Assembly: GCA_035544015.1 (NCBI GenBank)
Contig: DATKIP010000093.1
Location: 345,454-409,453 of the forward strand
Origin: Candidatus Saccharimonadia bacterium
Lineage (GTDB): Bacteria; Patescibacteriota; Saccharimonadia; UBA4664
Length of the DNA stretch: 64,000 nucleotides
Direction of reading: 5' to 3'
The notes below the pieces were generated by a model. The model had not been told where the DNA came from and made no database searches. It was given only the letters and a program-made list of their open reading frames with translations. Below, piece after piece: positions 35,454-45,257 of the stretch. The position numbers and the translations under genes are program-made. How positions within the stretch are numbered: the stretch's first letter is position 1; each line of letters begins with the position of its first letter.

Positions 35454-36146
35454 ATGATTCTCTTCGACCGAGTCACTAAAGTGTACCCGAACCAGATGGT
35501 CGCGCTCAGCGGCCTGAATTTGCACATTCAGCCCAAAGAATTCGTGACCATTGTGGGATCGAGCGGGGCAGGGAAGTCCACGCTCATCAAGCTCCTCACG
35601 CGCGAGGAAGTCCACAGCTCAGGCAAAATCATTGTCGGCGGCCTCGATTACGACACCATCACCGCCCGCGACGTGCCGCTGGTGCGCCGCCGCATCGGTG
35701 TGGTATTCCAAGACTTCAAACTCCTGCCCGGCCGCCGCGTCGGCGAAAACGTCGCCTTCGCGCTCGAAGTCTCCGGTGCCCGCGGCCGCGAAATCAAGCG
35801 CGCCGTGCCCAAAATGCTCACCCTCGTCGGCCTCAGCCCCAAGGAAAACAGCTTCCCCACGGAGCTTTCCGGCGGCGAGCGCCAACGCGTCGCTATCGCC
35901 CGCGCCCTCATCCGCCAGCCCAAAATCCTCATCGCCGACGAGCCCACCGGCAATCTCGATCCCAAAAACGCCTGGGAAATCATCGAGCTCCTGCTCAAAA
36001 TCAACCGTTTCGGCACCACTGTCGTGCTCACCACGCACAACAAAGAAATCGTCAACGCCCTCAAGCGCCGCGTGATCACCATCAACCGCGGGCGCATCAT
36101 CAAAGACGAAGAGCAGGGCCGCTACACCTTGGAGGGCGGCAAATGA
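35454..36146 (+). CDS. ftsE: cell division ATP-binding protein FtsE
   Basis: Walker A GSSGAGKST. ABC signature LSGGERQRVAIARAL. Walker B ILIADEPTGNLD. Confidence 0.85.
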   Translation: MILFDRVTKVYPNQMVALSGLNLHIQPKEFVTIVGSSGAGKSTLIKLLTREEVHSSGKIIVGGLDYDTITARDVPLVRRRIGVVFQDFKLLPGRRVGENVAFALEVSGARGREIKRAVPKMLTLVGLSPKENSFPTELSGGERQRVAIARALIRQPKILIADEPTGNLDPKNAWEIIELLLKINRFGTTVVLTTHNKEIVNALKRRVITINRGRIIKDEEQGRYTLEGGK

Positions 36147-37060
36147 TACTTCAACTATGGCGGGTCATGCACGCCGGCCTGCGCAATTTCATCCGCAACG
36201 CCTGGCTATCCACCGCCGCCACCGCCGTGATGACCATCACGCTGTCGATCATCGTGCTGTCGTTTATTTCCAACTCGGCCCTCACCAGCACCATTAAAGG
36301 TGTCACTGACAAAATCGACGTCTCGGTCTACCTCAACGACACCATCACGCCCGCGCAGCGCAACACCTTCCAAGCCGCACTGAAAAACAACCCTAACGTC
36401 GACGCCATCCACTACACGTCCAAAGCCGACGCCGTAGCGCTGTACAAGGCCCAACACGCCAACGACCCCAGCCTGCTCAGGGCCCTCGATGTCGCCGGCA
36501 ACGCCCTCCCGGCCTCATTCCAGGTGAAAGCCAAAGACCCCAAGAAAATCGACAGCATCATCGCCGTCACCAACCAACCCGACTACAAGCCTCTGCTCGA
36601 CCCCGACAAAGGCACCACCTACTCTGGCAAGGACAAATCCACCATCGACCGCATCGTTTCGGTGTCAAACTTCTTCAAATCCACCGGCCTCTACGCCAGC
36701 ATTATCTTCGTGATCATCTCCACGCTCATCATCTTCAACACCATCCGCATGGCCATCTTTACCCGCAAAGAAGAAATCGAGATCATGAAGCTCGTCGGCG
36801 CCACCAAATGGTTTATTCGCGGACCATTCCTGTTCGAAGCCGCCCTCTACGGCATCGTCGCCGCCGTCATCGCCGCCAGCCTGTCCTACGCGCTCTTGCT
36901 CGGCGCCGGGCCCAAGCTCTCTGGGTACATCGACGTCAAATCCACCATTGAGTTCTTCCGTAGCTACCCCGCCTTCGTCATCATCGGCGAGCTCGTGATC
37001 GGCATATTCATCGGCGCATTCTCCTCGCTACTCGCCATGAGCCGGTACCTGAAGCTATGA
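36143..37060 (+). CDS. ftsX: cell division permease-like protein FtsX
   Basis: Overlapping start with ftsE. N-terminal TM, large extracellular loop, three C-terminal TM segments. Confidence 0.8.
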   Translation: MILQLWRVMHAGLRNFIRNAWLSTAATAVMTITLSIIVLSFISNSALTSTIKGVTDKIDVSVYLNDTITPAQRNTFQAALKNNPNVDAIHYTSKADAVALYKAQHANDPSLLRALDVAGNALPASFQVKAKDPKKIDSIIAVTNQPDYKPLLDPDKGTTYSGKDKSTIDRIVSVSNFFKSTGLYASIIFVIISTLIIFNTIRMAIFTRKEEIEIMKLVGATKWFIRGPFLFEAALYGIVAAVIAASLSYALLLGAGPKLSGYIDVKSTIEFFRSYPAFVIIGELVIGIFIGAFSSLLAMSRYLKL

Positions 37061-37833
37061 ATAACACACCACCATATTTCAGCATTATCATGCCCACATA
37101 CAACCGAGCCAAGCTGCTCAAACGTGCGATCGACTCGGCCCTAAACCAAACCTTCGCCGACTTTGAGCTAATCGTGGTTGACGATGGATCTACCGATAAT
37201 ACAGGTGAAGTCCTAGCCCGCATAGCCGACCAACGCCTTCAGATCATCAAGCAACCCAATGCCGGACCGGCCGCCGCTCGCAACACCGCCCTAGAGTCGG
37301 CCAAAGGTACATTTATTGCCTACCTCGATTCAGATAACACCTTCCATCCAGATTTCTTAAAAGTCCTAGCCGATGAATTAACAGAGCCTTTTGTAGCAGC
37401 CTATACCGGTCAAAATCTATTCCTGGTCGACGGCAATTTAGACGAACCGCACGTAATCGGGCGCAAAACCCGCAGCCTACCCTTCAACCCGGCAGCCTTT
37501 CAAAATGGCAATTATATCGACATTGGTTGTTTTGTCCATCGCGCCGACATTATAAAAATCGTGGGGACATTCGACCCCTCTCAGCCATGGGCCGAAGACT
37601 GGGATTTGATCGCGCGGATAGCTATCCAATATCCTTTTTACATTAAGCATATCGACCAGGTTCTCTGCGATTATTACGCTTATCTGCCCGAAGCACTACC
37701 TACCATGACAAACCAATCAAAGGCTTGGGCCGTTAATATCAAACGCGCTTTTGGGGTTGGGCCGACAGAGGCCCGCGACAAAAAATTGGCCGAGCACATC
37801 ACAACGCTGGTCCGTAAGCGCTACCCTCGCTGA
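37057..37833 (+). CDS. family-2 glycosyltransferase
   Basis: FSIIMPTYNRAKLL...DFELIVVDDGSTDNT...YLDSDN (GT2 DxD motifs). Confidence 0.7.
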   Translation: MNNTPPYFSIIMPTYNRAKLLKRAIDSALNQTFADFELIVVDDGSTDNTGEVLARIADQRLQIIKQPNAGPAAARNTALESAKGTFIAYLDSDNTFHPDFLKVLADELTEPFVAAYTGQNLFLVDGNLDEPHVIGRKTRSLPFNPAAFQNGNYIDIGCFVHRADIIKIVGTFDPSQPWAEDWDLIARIAIQYPFYIKHIDQVLCDYYAYLPEALPTMTNQSKAWAVNIKRAFGVGPTEARDKKLAEHITTLVRKRYPR

Positions 37834-37907
37834 ATTTTGAGTTAAATTCTCAAGTTTGAGCCTCGATCTCTCCATAATTTAGTAATTACGTCAAGAGCAC
37901 AACCAGT

Positions 37908-39101
37908 TTGACAGATAGGGCTACCGAGGCTACTATTGGGGTACCTTGGAGGGGCCAGACCATTCGTTTCTACCGCGACCCAAAACCAAAAATCAATCAG
38001 GCGTGCATCGCTCTCGTAAGCCTGGTTGCGATGGTATTCTCGAGCGCTGGGCCGGCATTCGCGGACAGCTTCGACGATCAGATCGCCGCCCTCAAGCAGC
38101 AAATGAGCGGACAGGCCCAACAGGCCGCTAGTCTCCACACCCAGGCCAACGACTACCGCTCCAAAGTGGCCGAACTCCAGGCCCAATCCGCCGCGCTCCA
38201 GACGCAAATCAACCTCAATCAAGCGCTCTTCAACAAAGTCACCGCCAACATTGCCGAGAACGAAGCCAAACTCGCCGAGCAAAAGACTGTGCTCGCCGCC
38301 AACCTCAAGTCGATGTACCTCGACAGCAACGTCACGCCCATCGAGATGCTCGCTTCGAGCCACAACATCTCGGAGTTTCTCGATCAGCAGCAATATCAGG
38401 ACCGTATCAAAACCAAAATTCAATCCGCCATGGCCGACATCCAAACCCTCCAGCAGCAGCTCCAAGGCCAGCGCGAGCAGGTGGCGTCCATCCTTTCCGG
38501 CCAAAAACTGCAACAGCAACAGCTCATCGCCTCTCGAAACGAGATCAACCAGCTCCTCGCACTCGCTCAGCAGAATGCCGGCGCCGCCGATCAGCAAGTC
38601 AAAGACTCAAACACCAAGATTGCCAGCCTCAAATCCCAGCAAGCCGCCATTTTGGCCGCTTCATCCCGCAGTTTCAACGGCTCCATCCCGGGCGCATCGG
38701 GCGGCTCGGGCGGTGCCTGTGACAACGGCCACGGCAACGGCGGCTACCCCATGCTCTGGTGCAACGCCGCCCAAGATTACCCCGGCTACGGCGGACCCTG
38801 GGGCTACAACCGCGAATGCGTGTCCTGGGCTGGCTGGCGGCGTCAGCAAATGGGCCACCCGGTCTACGCCTGGGGCAACGCCAATCAATGGGACGACGGC
38901 GCCCGAAACGCCGGTTACCGCGTCGACAGCTCTCCCGAAGTCGGCGCCGTAGCCCAAACCGACGCCGGCTACTTCGGCCACGTCACGGTCGTGGAGGCGA
39001 TTCAGGGCAGCAACGTCATCGTCAGCGAGATGAACTACGACGGCGACGGCCACTTCCGGTATGGCAGCTACCCGGCGACGTACTTCAAATATATTCACTA
39101 G
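37908..39101 (+). CDS. PcsB-like secreted peptidoglycan hydrolase (N-terminal coiled-coil plus C-terminal CHAP domain)
   Basis: Signal-like segment ALVSLVAMVFSSAGPAFA. ~220 aa Gln/Ala/Leu-rich heptad region. CHAP motifs CDNGHGNGG...NAAQ(D)YP...GHVTVVEA. Located downstream of ftsEX. Exact start uncertain. Confidence 0.65.
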   Translation: MTDRATEATIGVPWRGQTIRFYRDPKPKINQACIALVSLVAMVFSSAGPAFADSFDDQIAALKQQMSGQAQQAASLHTQANDYRSKVAELQAQSAALQTQINLNQALFNKVTANIAENEAKLAEQKTVLAANLKSMYLDSNVTPIEMLASSHNISEFLDQQQYQDRIKTKIQSAMADIQTLQQQLQGQREQVASILSGQKLQQQQLIASRNEINQLLALAQQNAGAADQQVKDSNTKIASLKSQQAAILAASSRSFNGSIPGASGGSGGACDNGHGNGGYPMLWCNAAQDYPGYGGPWGYNRECVSWAGWRRQQMGHPVYAWGNANQWDDGARNAGYRVDSSPEVGAVAQTDAGYFGHVTVVEAIQGSNVIVSEMNYDGDGHFRYGSYPATYFKYIH

Positions 39102-39109
39102 AAAGGCCC

Positions 39110-40288
39110 GTGGTTTTGAAAAAAGTCCAACTCAACCCGCTCATTTTAGCGGCCATCATTATCGCGGTGGCCGGCAGCTCATTTTACGCCGGCGATGCTT
39201 CCGGCAGCCTAGTTTCGCTACCATTTCTCAAACCCGTTCACAAAGCCGATTTCTCCAGTCTCAACGACATTTATGCCCTTATGCAGCGCAATTTTGACGG
39301 TCAAATCGACAATCAAAAAGCCGTCGACGGCGCCAAAGCCGGTCTGGTGGCGGCCGGCGGCGACCCCTATACCGTCTTCCTCGACGCCAAATCCGCCAAA
39401 GAATTATCCGACGACCTCACCGGCAAACTCTCGGGCATCGGCGCCGAAATCGGCATCAAGAACAACATCCTCACCATCATCGCTCCCATCGCCGACACCC
39501 CCGCCGCCGCTGCCGGACTCAAGAGCGGCGACCTCATCGCCAAAATCAACAACGAAGATACCTCGGGCATGACCGTCGACACCGCCGTTTCCAAGATCCG
39601 CGGCGACGCCGGCACGAAAGTGACGCTCAAAATCGTCCGCACCGGCACTCCCCAGGCGTTTGACGTCACCATCACGCGCGCCAACATCACCGTGCCAAGC
39701 GTGAAATCCAGCCTCAAAAACGGCAATGTCGCCTACATCAACATCACCCGCTTCAGCCCCGACACCGCCGACCTCGTCGACAAGGCCGCCACCGACCTCA
39801 AGGCCCAAGGCGCCACTCGCGTCGTCCTCGACCTGCGCAACGACCCGGGCGGCTATCTCGACGCCGGCGTATCGGTCGCCAGCCAATTCCTCGATACCGG
39901 CAAAACCGTCGTCTCCGAACGCACCGGCGGCAAAACCACCAACACGCTCACGGCCTCGAGCGGCGGCAAGTTCAAGGGCCTGCCCACCATCGTGCTCATC
40001 AACGCCGGCTCCGCCAGTGCCTCCGAGATCGTCGCCGGCGCCCTCCACGACAACAAAGCCGCTCAACTCGTGGGCGAAAAGAGCTTCGGCAAAGGCAGCG
40101 TGCAAGAAATCAAAGACCTGCCCGACGGCGCCCAGCTCAAAGTCACCGTGGCGCACTGGTACACTCCCGCCGGCGTCAACATCAACAAAGAGGGGATTAA
40201 GCCCGACGTCGAGGCCGCCCTCACCCCCGACGACTTCAACGCCGGCCGCGACCCTCAGCTCGACAAAGCCCTCGAATTACTGAAATAA
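39110..40288 (+). CDS. ctpA: carboxyl-terminal processing protease (S41) with PDZ domain
   Basis: GTG start with RBS gaaagg; the 38759 ORF is over-extended. PDZ region GIGAEIGIKNNILTIIAP...GLKSGDLIAKIN. Catalytic region LINAGSASASEIVAGAL...EKSFGKGSVQ. Confidence 0.8.
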   Translation: MVLKKVQLNPLILAAIIIAVAGSSFYAGDASGSLVSLPFLKPVHKADFSSLNDIYALMQRNFDGQIDNQKAVDGAKAGLVAAGGDPYTVFLDAKSAKELSDDLTGKLSGIGAEIGIKNNILTIIAPIADTPAAAAGLKSGDLIAKINNEDTSGMTVDTAVSKIRGDAGTKVTLKIVRTGTPQAFDVTITRANITVPSVKSSLKNGNVAYINITRFSPDTADLVDKAATDLKAQGATRVVLDLRNDPGGYLDAGVSVASQFLDTGKTVVSERTGGKTTNTLTASSGGKFKGLPTIVLINAGSASASEIVAGALHDNKAAQLVGEKSFGKGSVQEIKDLPDGAQLKVTVAHWYTPAGVNINKEGIKPDVEAALTPDDFNAGRDPQLDKALELLK

Positions 40289-40304
40289 CCGGAGGCGCCC
40301 GCCC

Positions 40305-40976
40305 GTGACTGCCAGTCGCATCGCCGTTCTCGATTTTGACAGCACCCTGTTTGACGTAAACAGCTTCGTAACAGCCCTCTCGCAAGCCGTAGAAGCCGAG
40401 TTTGGCATCGATGCCCAGGCGTTCGCCGCTCAAATCAACCAACATTACGTTCGTGACGAAACCGGCGAAGGCATCGGCTACGACGTGCAGGCACATCTGC
40501 GCCAACACGGTCACGACCCAGCCGACCAAACCGTCCAGGACCGCCTCGTTCACCGCATACTCGCGATCCACCACCTCCGGACCGGCGAACCCGACTTGAT
40601 GTTCCCCGACGCCCGGAGGTTCGTGCAGCGCCTCATAGCCGACCCCCACACCAAGACGGCCATCCTTACGGTCAACCTCGAGTTTGGCTTTTGGTTCAAG
40701 CAGCGCCTCTGCAGCCCGCAGCTAGACGCCATCTCCGCCCGCGTTATCGCCACCAATAAGGGCCTGATGCTTGCCGGCGAATGGGCAACCGCGATCACCT
40801 ACGATCACCATCCCTACGACACCGCTCTCGTCGTCGACGACTCTCCGGCCCAGATAGAAGCCGTGCCGTCCCGACCCAGCATTCGCCGCGTCCAGATCGT
40901 GCGCCCCGGTCACCGTTATCCCCAAACCACCGATCCCTCGATCGAAATCGTCCGCACCCTCGACGATGTCCAATAG
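40305..40976 (+). CDS. HAD-superfamily hydrolase
   Basis: Motif I IAVLDFDSTLFD (DxDxT). Confidence 0.55.
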   Translation: MTASRIAVLDFDSTLFDVNSFVTALSQAVEAEFGIDAQAFAAQINQHYVRDETGEGIGYDVQAHLRQHGHDPADQTVQDRLVHRILAIHHLRTGEPDLMFPDARRFVQRLIADPHTKTAILTVNLEFGFWFKQRLCSPQLDAISARVIATNKGLMLAGEWATAITYDHHPYDTALVVDDSPAQIEAVPSRPSIRRVQIVRPGHRYPQTTDPSIEIVRTLDDVQ

Positions 40977-41086
40977 CCATCTACCAACCAGAGCATAAAA
41001 ATTTTGCTTGCCCTCGCCCGCAGTCTCAGGTATTATCTGAACCAATTGGTGTTACCGATGAAACGAGTGTGTTGGAAAGGAGACGT

Positions 41087-42736
41087 GTGGCGAAAGGAAG
41101 CCAGACAAAATTTATTTTTGTAACAGGGGGAGTACTTTCCGGACTCGGAAAGGGCATTACCGCAGCTTCGATCGGCACCATCCTCAAAGCTCGCGGTTTT
41201 TCTGTTAATATCCAAAAATGTGACCCTTACCTCAATACCGATGCCGGCACCATGAACCCCGCCGAGCACGGCGAGGTCTTCGTCACCAAAGACGGCGCCG
41301 AAACCGATCTCGACCTCGGCCACTACGAGCGCTTCTTGGATGAAGAACTCGGCCGCTCCAGCTCGCTCATGAATGGCCGCATCTACGCCAACGTCCTCGC
41401 CGACGAGCGCGCCGGCAAATACCTCGGCAAAACCGTCCAAATCATCCCGCATGTCACCGGCGAAATCGTCAAGCGCATCCTCGAAGCGGGGGAGGGCTTC
41501 GACTTCCACATCGTCGAGATCGGCGGCACCGTTGGCGATATCGAATCGCTGGCATTTCTCGAAGGCATCCGCCAACTCCGCCGCAAAGTCGGCCACCAAA
41601 ACACGCTGTATGTGCACGTAGTCTACCTGCCGTATCTCGAAGCCTCGCACGAAATCAAAACCAAGCCGGCCCAAAATACCGTCCGCGATCTGCGCGAAGC
41701 CGGCATCCAGCCGGATGTCATCGTGGCCCGCGCCGAAAAACCCGTCAGCCAAAATGTACTCCACAAGCTTAGCCTCTTCTGCGACGTCGATGAAGCCGGC
41801 ATTGTGCCTATGCAGACGGTAAAAACCGTCTACGAAGTACCGCTATTGCTCGAGCAAGCCGGCATCGGCAATTACATCACTACTCAGCTCGGCCTGAGCA
41901 ACCGCCGTGTCAAACTCGCCGACTGGCAGCGCCTCGTCGACCTCATCAAGCACCCCGACCACCGCAAGCTCAAAATCGGCGTCGTGGCCAAGTACATGGA
42001 AAACGAAGATACCTACCTCTGCGTCTTCGAGGCCATCAAAGCCGCCGGTTGGGCCAACCGCATCCAGCCCGAAATCTGCTGGATCGACTCCGAACAAATT
42101 GTCGACAATTCATCATTGCTGGAGGGCTACGACGGTCTGGTCGTTCCCGGCGGGTTTGGTAGCCGCGGCGTGGAAGGCAAAATTGCCGCCGCCAATTATG
42201 CCATCGAGCACAACATCCCGTACCTGGGTCTCTGCTACGGCCTCCACATGGCCGTCATCGCCCTGGCCCGACGCGCCGGCCTCACCGGCGCCAACACCAC
42301 TGAAGTCGACGCCCAGACACCCCACCCCGTTATCGACATCATGGCCGACCAAAAAGACATCACCAACAAGGGCGGCACCATGCGGCTGGGCAATTACCCC
42401 TGCGTCATCACCAAGGGCACCAAAACCGCCGCTGCTTACAACCAAAAAGAAGTTCTGGAGCGCCATCGTCACCGCTACGAGGTCAACAATGATTACCGCG
42501 AACAGCTCACCGCGGCCGGCCTGGTGATCGCCGGCCTGTCGCCCGATAAACGCCTCGTCGAGATTATCGAGATCGCCCAACATCCCTACTTCGTCGCCAG
42601 CCAATTCCATCCCGAATTCAAGTCGCGTCCCAACCGCCCGCACCCGCTCTTCGACGGCTTCATCAAAGCCGCCGGTCGCCAGCATGAGCAGCATGGTACT
42701 CATGCCGAGGCAAAACGTAGTATAGTTGAGTTATGA
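41087..42736 (+). CDS. pyrG: CTP synthase
   Basis: GTG start with RBS ggaaaggag; the 40781 ORF is over-extended. KFIFVTGGVLSGLGKGITAASIG. C-terminal GATase LGLCYGLHM with catalytic Cys. Confidence 0.9.
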   Translation: MAKGSQTKFIFVTGGVLSGLGKGITAASIGTILKARGFSVNIQKCDPYLNTDAGTMNPAEHGEVFVTKDGAETDLDLGHYERFLDEELGRSSSLMNGRIYANVLADERAGKYLGKTVQIIPHVTGEIVKRILEAGEGFDFHIVEIGGTVGDIESLAFLEGIRQLRRKVGHQNTLYVHVVYLPYLEASHEIKTKPAQNTVRDLREAGIQPDVIVARAEKPVSQNVLHKLSLFCDVDEAGIVPMQTVKTVYEVPLLLEQAGIGNYITTQLGLSNRRVKLADWQRLVDLIKHPDHRKLKIGVVAKYMENEDTYLCVFEAIKAAGWANRIQPEICWIDSEQIVDNSSLLEGYDGLVVPGGFGSRGVEGKIAAANYAIEHNIPYLGLCYGLHMAVIALARRAGLTGANTTEVDAQTPHPVIDIMADQKDITNKGGTMRLGNYPCVITKGTKTAAAYNQKEVLERHRHRYEVNNDYREQLTAAGLVIAGLSPDKRLVEIIEIAQHPYFVASQFHPEFKSRPNRPHPLFDGFIKAAGRQHEQHGTHAEAKRSIVEL

Positions 42737-43125
42737 AAGAGAGCAAGAAGCCGCGCATTCTCCTCGTCGAAGACGATCTTGCTCTCGCCACGGCCTATCA
42801 GGTCCGCATGGAAGCCGAAGGCTTTGACGTTCATCACTGCCCCGATGGTGAAGCCGCCATGCAAGAAGCATTGGAATACCACCCCGATCTCATCTTGCTC
42901 GACATCATGATGCCCAAGATCTCCGGTTTCGATGTCCTTGACATCATCCGCAACACCAGGGAAACCGCCCACACCAAAATCATCATCCTCACGGCTCTAT
43001 CGCAGCCTTCCGATCGCCAACGCGCCAAAGATCTGGGTGCCGATGAATTCCTCGTGAAGTCCCAAGCCGTCATCGCTGACGTCATGAAACGCATCCGATT
43101 TCATCTCGGCATCAAAGAAACCTAA
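42733..43125 (+). CDS. single-domain (REC-only) response regulator, translationally coupled to pyrG (ATGA overlap)
   Basis: ILLVEDD...DLILLDIMMPKISGFDVLDIIR...EFLVKS. Paralog of 2889 and 52208. Confidence 0.8.
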   Translation: MKESKKPRILLVEDDLALATAYQVRMEAEGFDVHHCPDGEAAMQEALEYHPDLILLDIMMPKISGFDVLDIIRNTRETAHTKIIILTALSQPSDRQRAKDLGADEFLVKSQAVIADVMKRIRFHLGIKET

Positions 43126-43135
43126 AAACTACGAG

Positions 43136-43708
43136 CTAGAAGCCAACCGAGCCGCGCAGTTTAGCCACAAACCGCTTTATTTGCGGGTCCATGGTATCGG
43201 CGTCCGCTCCCAAAACTTCCTCAAAGCTCCGCCATGCCCAGCCGCGAAACTCGCGGGGATCCGGCATCATCGGCATATCTTCCGATCCATCCACAACATA
43301 CCACAAGCTAACATCTACATGCCCGTGAGCACCGCGGGTCTGATTAGCCGTCACAAACAACGGCACCGACGCGATCACCGCCGCTTTGGCCGCCGCCAAA
43401 CCCAGCTCCTCGATCAGCTCGCGCGCCGCGGTAGCCGCCGGGTCTTCACCGCGCTCAACATGCCCACCCGCCGGCAACCATAGGCCCGACTTGCGATGGT
43501 CAAACAGCAGCACCGTTTGCCGCCGCCGATCCACCAACACCACATAAGCCACCAGATGAGGGCTCGGCTCATCGGGCTGATCGCCACGATACAGCTCAGC
43601 ATCCGACCGAATCCACGCCCGCACCTCGGTCAACACCCGCTTCTCATCATCGTCATAAGGCACGATACTACGCAGCAATTCTAAAAGCTTAGTTCGGCTT
43701 TTGTTCAT
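43136..43708 (-). CDS. NUDIX hydrolase
   Basis: Nudix box GGHVERGEDPAATAARELIEELG. Confidence 0.7.
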   Translation of the reverse strand: MNKSRTKLLELLRSIVPYDDDEKRVLTEVRAWIRSDAELYRGDQPDEPSPHLVAYVVLVDRRRQTVLLFDHRKSGLWLPAGGHVERGEDPAATAARELIEELGLAAAKAAVIASVPLFVTANQTRGAHGHVDVSLWYVVDGSEDMPMMPDPREFRGWAWRSFEEVLGADADTMDPQIKRFVAKLRGSVGF

Positions 43709-43791
43709 ATTTCAATAATACCCGACCCAGTCCACCTATGGCAAGCAAAAACCGCCCGAAGGCGGATTTTCTCAATCAAAATTGCGAGCGA

Positions 43792-44073
43792 CTAATTGTC
43801 CGAAACGACCGAAACAATCGTGCGGCGGACCTTGGTACCGGTGAATTTCTGCACTTTCTTCACCGAAAACTTCACAATGCCATCGGTGAGTGCAAACAAC
43901 GTGTGGTCATTACCCACGCCCACACCCACGCCGGCCTCCATGCGAGTACCACGCTGGCGCACCAGCACCCCGCCGGAGCGCACAAACTGATCACCAAAGA
44001 GCTTTACGCCGAGACGCTTAGCCTGACTATCGCGGCCAGTCTTGACTGAACCACCAGCTTTTGTATGTGACAT
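43792..44073 (-). CDS. rpmA: 50S ribosomal protein L27
   Basis: [27 protein letters not shown]...[10 protein letters not shown]...[16 protein letters not shown]. No rplU adjacent. Confidence 0.85.
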   Translation of the reverse strand: MSHTKAGGSVKTGRDSQAKRLGVKLFGDQFVRSGGVLVRQRGTRMEAGVGVGVGNDHTLFALTDGIVKFSVKKVQKFTGTKVRRTIVSVVSDN

Positions 44074-45207
44074 TTAGTTCTTCCTCAGTAACAATAATTG
44101 CCGTCCGACCACTTGATCGTCCCGCGCGTAGAGCAGGGGAGTGCGGACATGCTCAAAACCCTTCAGAGTGTAGCCTAAATCAGGTAATTCGTCAACCAAT
44201 CCCAGATACTGCCAGCGACGGCCATCCCGCCACGCCGGCGCACACAGGCTCACCTCAGCTCCCGCCGGCAATTGCGCCGCAAAATTGCGCAAACTCATGC
44301 GGTACAATTCCCGCAGTTCAGCCCGCATCCGGTCGAGCTCCGCCGGCCCTGGCAGCCGCATCAGGTTGGGCCCCAGGTAGCCCTCGCTCACCACGGCACA
44401 CCCGGGCGGCAGCCGCACCAAGCGGGCGTCAGCCTCGGCCGCACTCCAAGCCGGCAGGGGAGTCGACACCTGCTCGGCCAGCCAAGCAAGATTCGCGCTG
44501 GTCGCCGTCACCATCTCCGCCGCCAGATCCGAACCCGCCACCACCCGCCCCGCCAGCAGCGCCTCCTGCAGCACCACTCCCGTACCGCAAAACGGATCGC
44601 ACACCACCTCGGCTCGCACCGTATTCACGAGCACCTGCGCCAATTTCGGCGGCAGCATGCCTACGGTAGCACTCCGGGCCGGCCGGCCGTAGTCGCGCTT
44701 GGAGTACCAGTCGATATCCTGCACCCCCACCGTACGCGCCACGATCATTTCATGCTCGGCCACCACCACGAGCAGCTCAAAACCATCCTCGATCACGCGG
44801 TTGTGGCGCAACTCCGCCGCCGATACCGCCAGCCCCTTCGCCGGCTGCACCAACCGCACCGATCCGCGCTCACGCAGCCGCTTCTTCAATTCCAGCCCCG
44901 CCGCCGTCAGCGACCGTGCCGTCTCGCGCCCACCGTAGCAGCTGATGGCAAACGGCGTCTTCGTGGCGCGCATCGGCAGCGCCTCGAAATCCACCGGCAA
45001 CTCCCGCAACGGCTTCACCGCACCCCGGTACAATACCTCGCCCAGCTTCAACACCCCACCCAGCTGGTCCACGGGCACCATTTCACCCACCAAGGCAACC
45101 TGCCGTCCAAACGGTCGCACCCCCTGCGCACCCAACACAGATTCTAGCTCCACCAAGCCAAGTTCCGGCTGACGACCCAAAATTGCCACGAAATTAAGTA
45201 ATGACAT
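44074..45207 (-). CDS. THUMP-domain RNA methyltransferase (second paralog)
   Basis: Motif I CDPFCGTGVVLQEA. Abuts rpmA on the same strand (44073/44074). Confidence 0.65.
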   Translation of the reverse strand: MSLLNFVAILGRQPELGLVELESVLGAQGVRPFGRQVALVGEMVPVDQLGGVLKLGEVLYRGAVKPLRELPVDFEALPMRATKTPFAISCYGGRETARSLTAAGLELKKRLRERGSVRLVQPAKGLAVSAAELRHNRVIEDGFELLVVVAEHEMIVARTVGVQDIDWYSKRDYGRPARSATVGMLPPKLAQVLVNTVRAEVVCDPFCGTGVVLQEALLAGRVVAGSDLAAEMVTATSANLAWLAEQVSTPLPAWSAAEADARLVRLPPGCAVVSEGYLGPNLMRLPGPAELDRMRAELRELYRMSLRNFAAQLPAGAEVSLCAPAWRDGRRWQYLGLVDELPDLGYTLKGFEHVRTPLLYARDDQVVGRQLLLLRKN

Positions 45208-45220
45208 AATTGTATAATTA

Positions 45221-45250
45221 TAGCAATTTGACTAACAACACGCAAATATC
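45221..45250 (+). promoter_or_regulatory. sigma-70-like promoter TTGACT-N18-CATAAT
   Basis: Seen in sequence in the AT-rich region tataattatagcaatTTGACTaacaacacgcaaatatccCATAAT. Confidence 0.35.
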
Positions 45251-45257
45251 CCATAAT

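Noticed and set aside
38759-39109. Long N-terminal extension of the ctpA ORF (starts at 38759)
   Set aside because: The extension overlaps the well-supported PcsB-like CDS in another frame and is Arg-rich junk. GTG 39110 with an RBS directly after the upstream stop is the plausible start.
40781-41086. N-terminal extension of the pyrG ORF
   Set aside because: It overlaps the HAD hydrolase CDS and is Arg/Pro-rich. GTG 41087 with an RBS precedes the canonical CTP synthase N-terminus.
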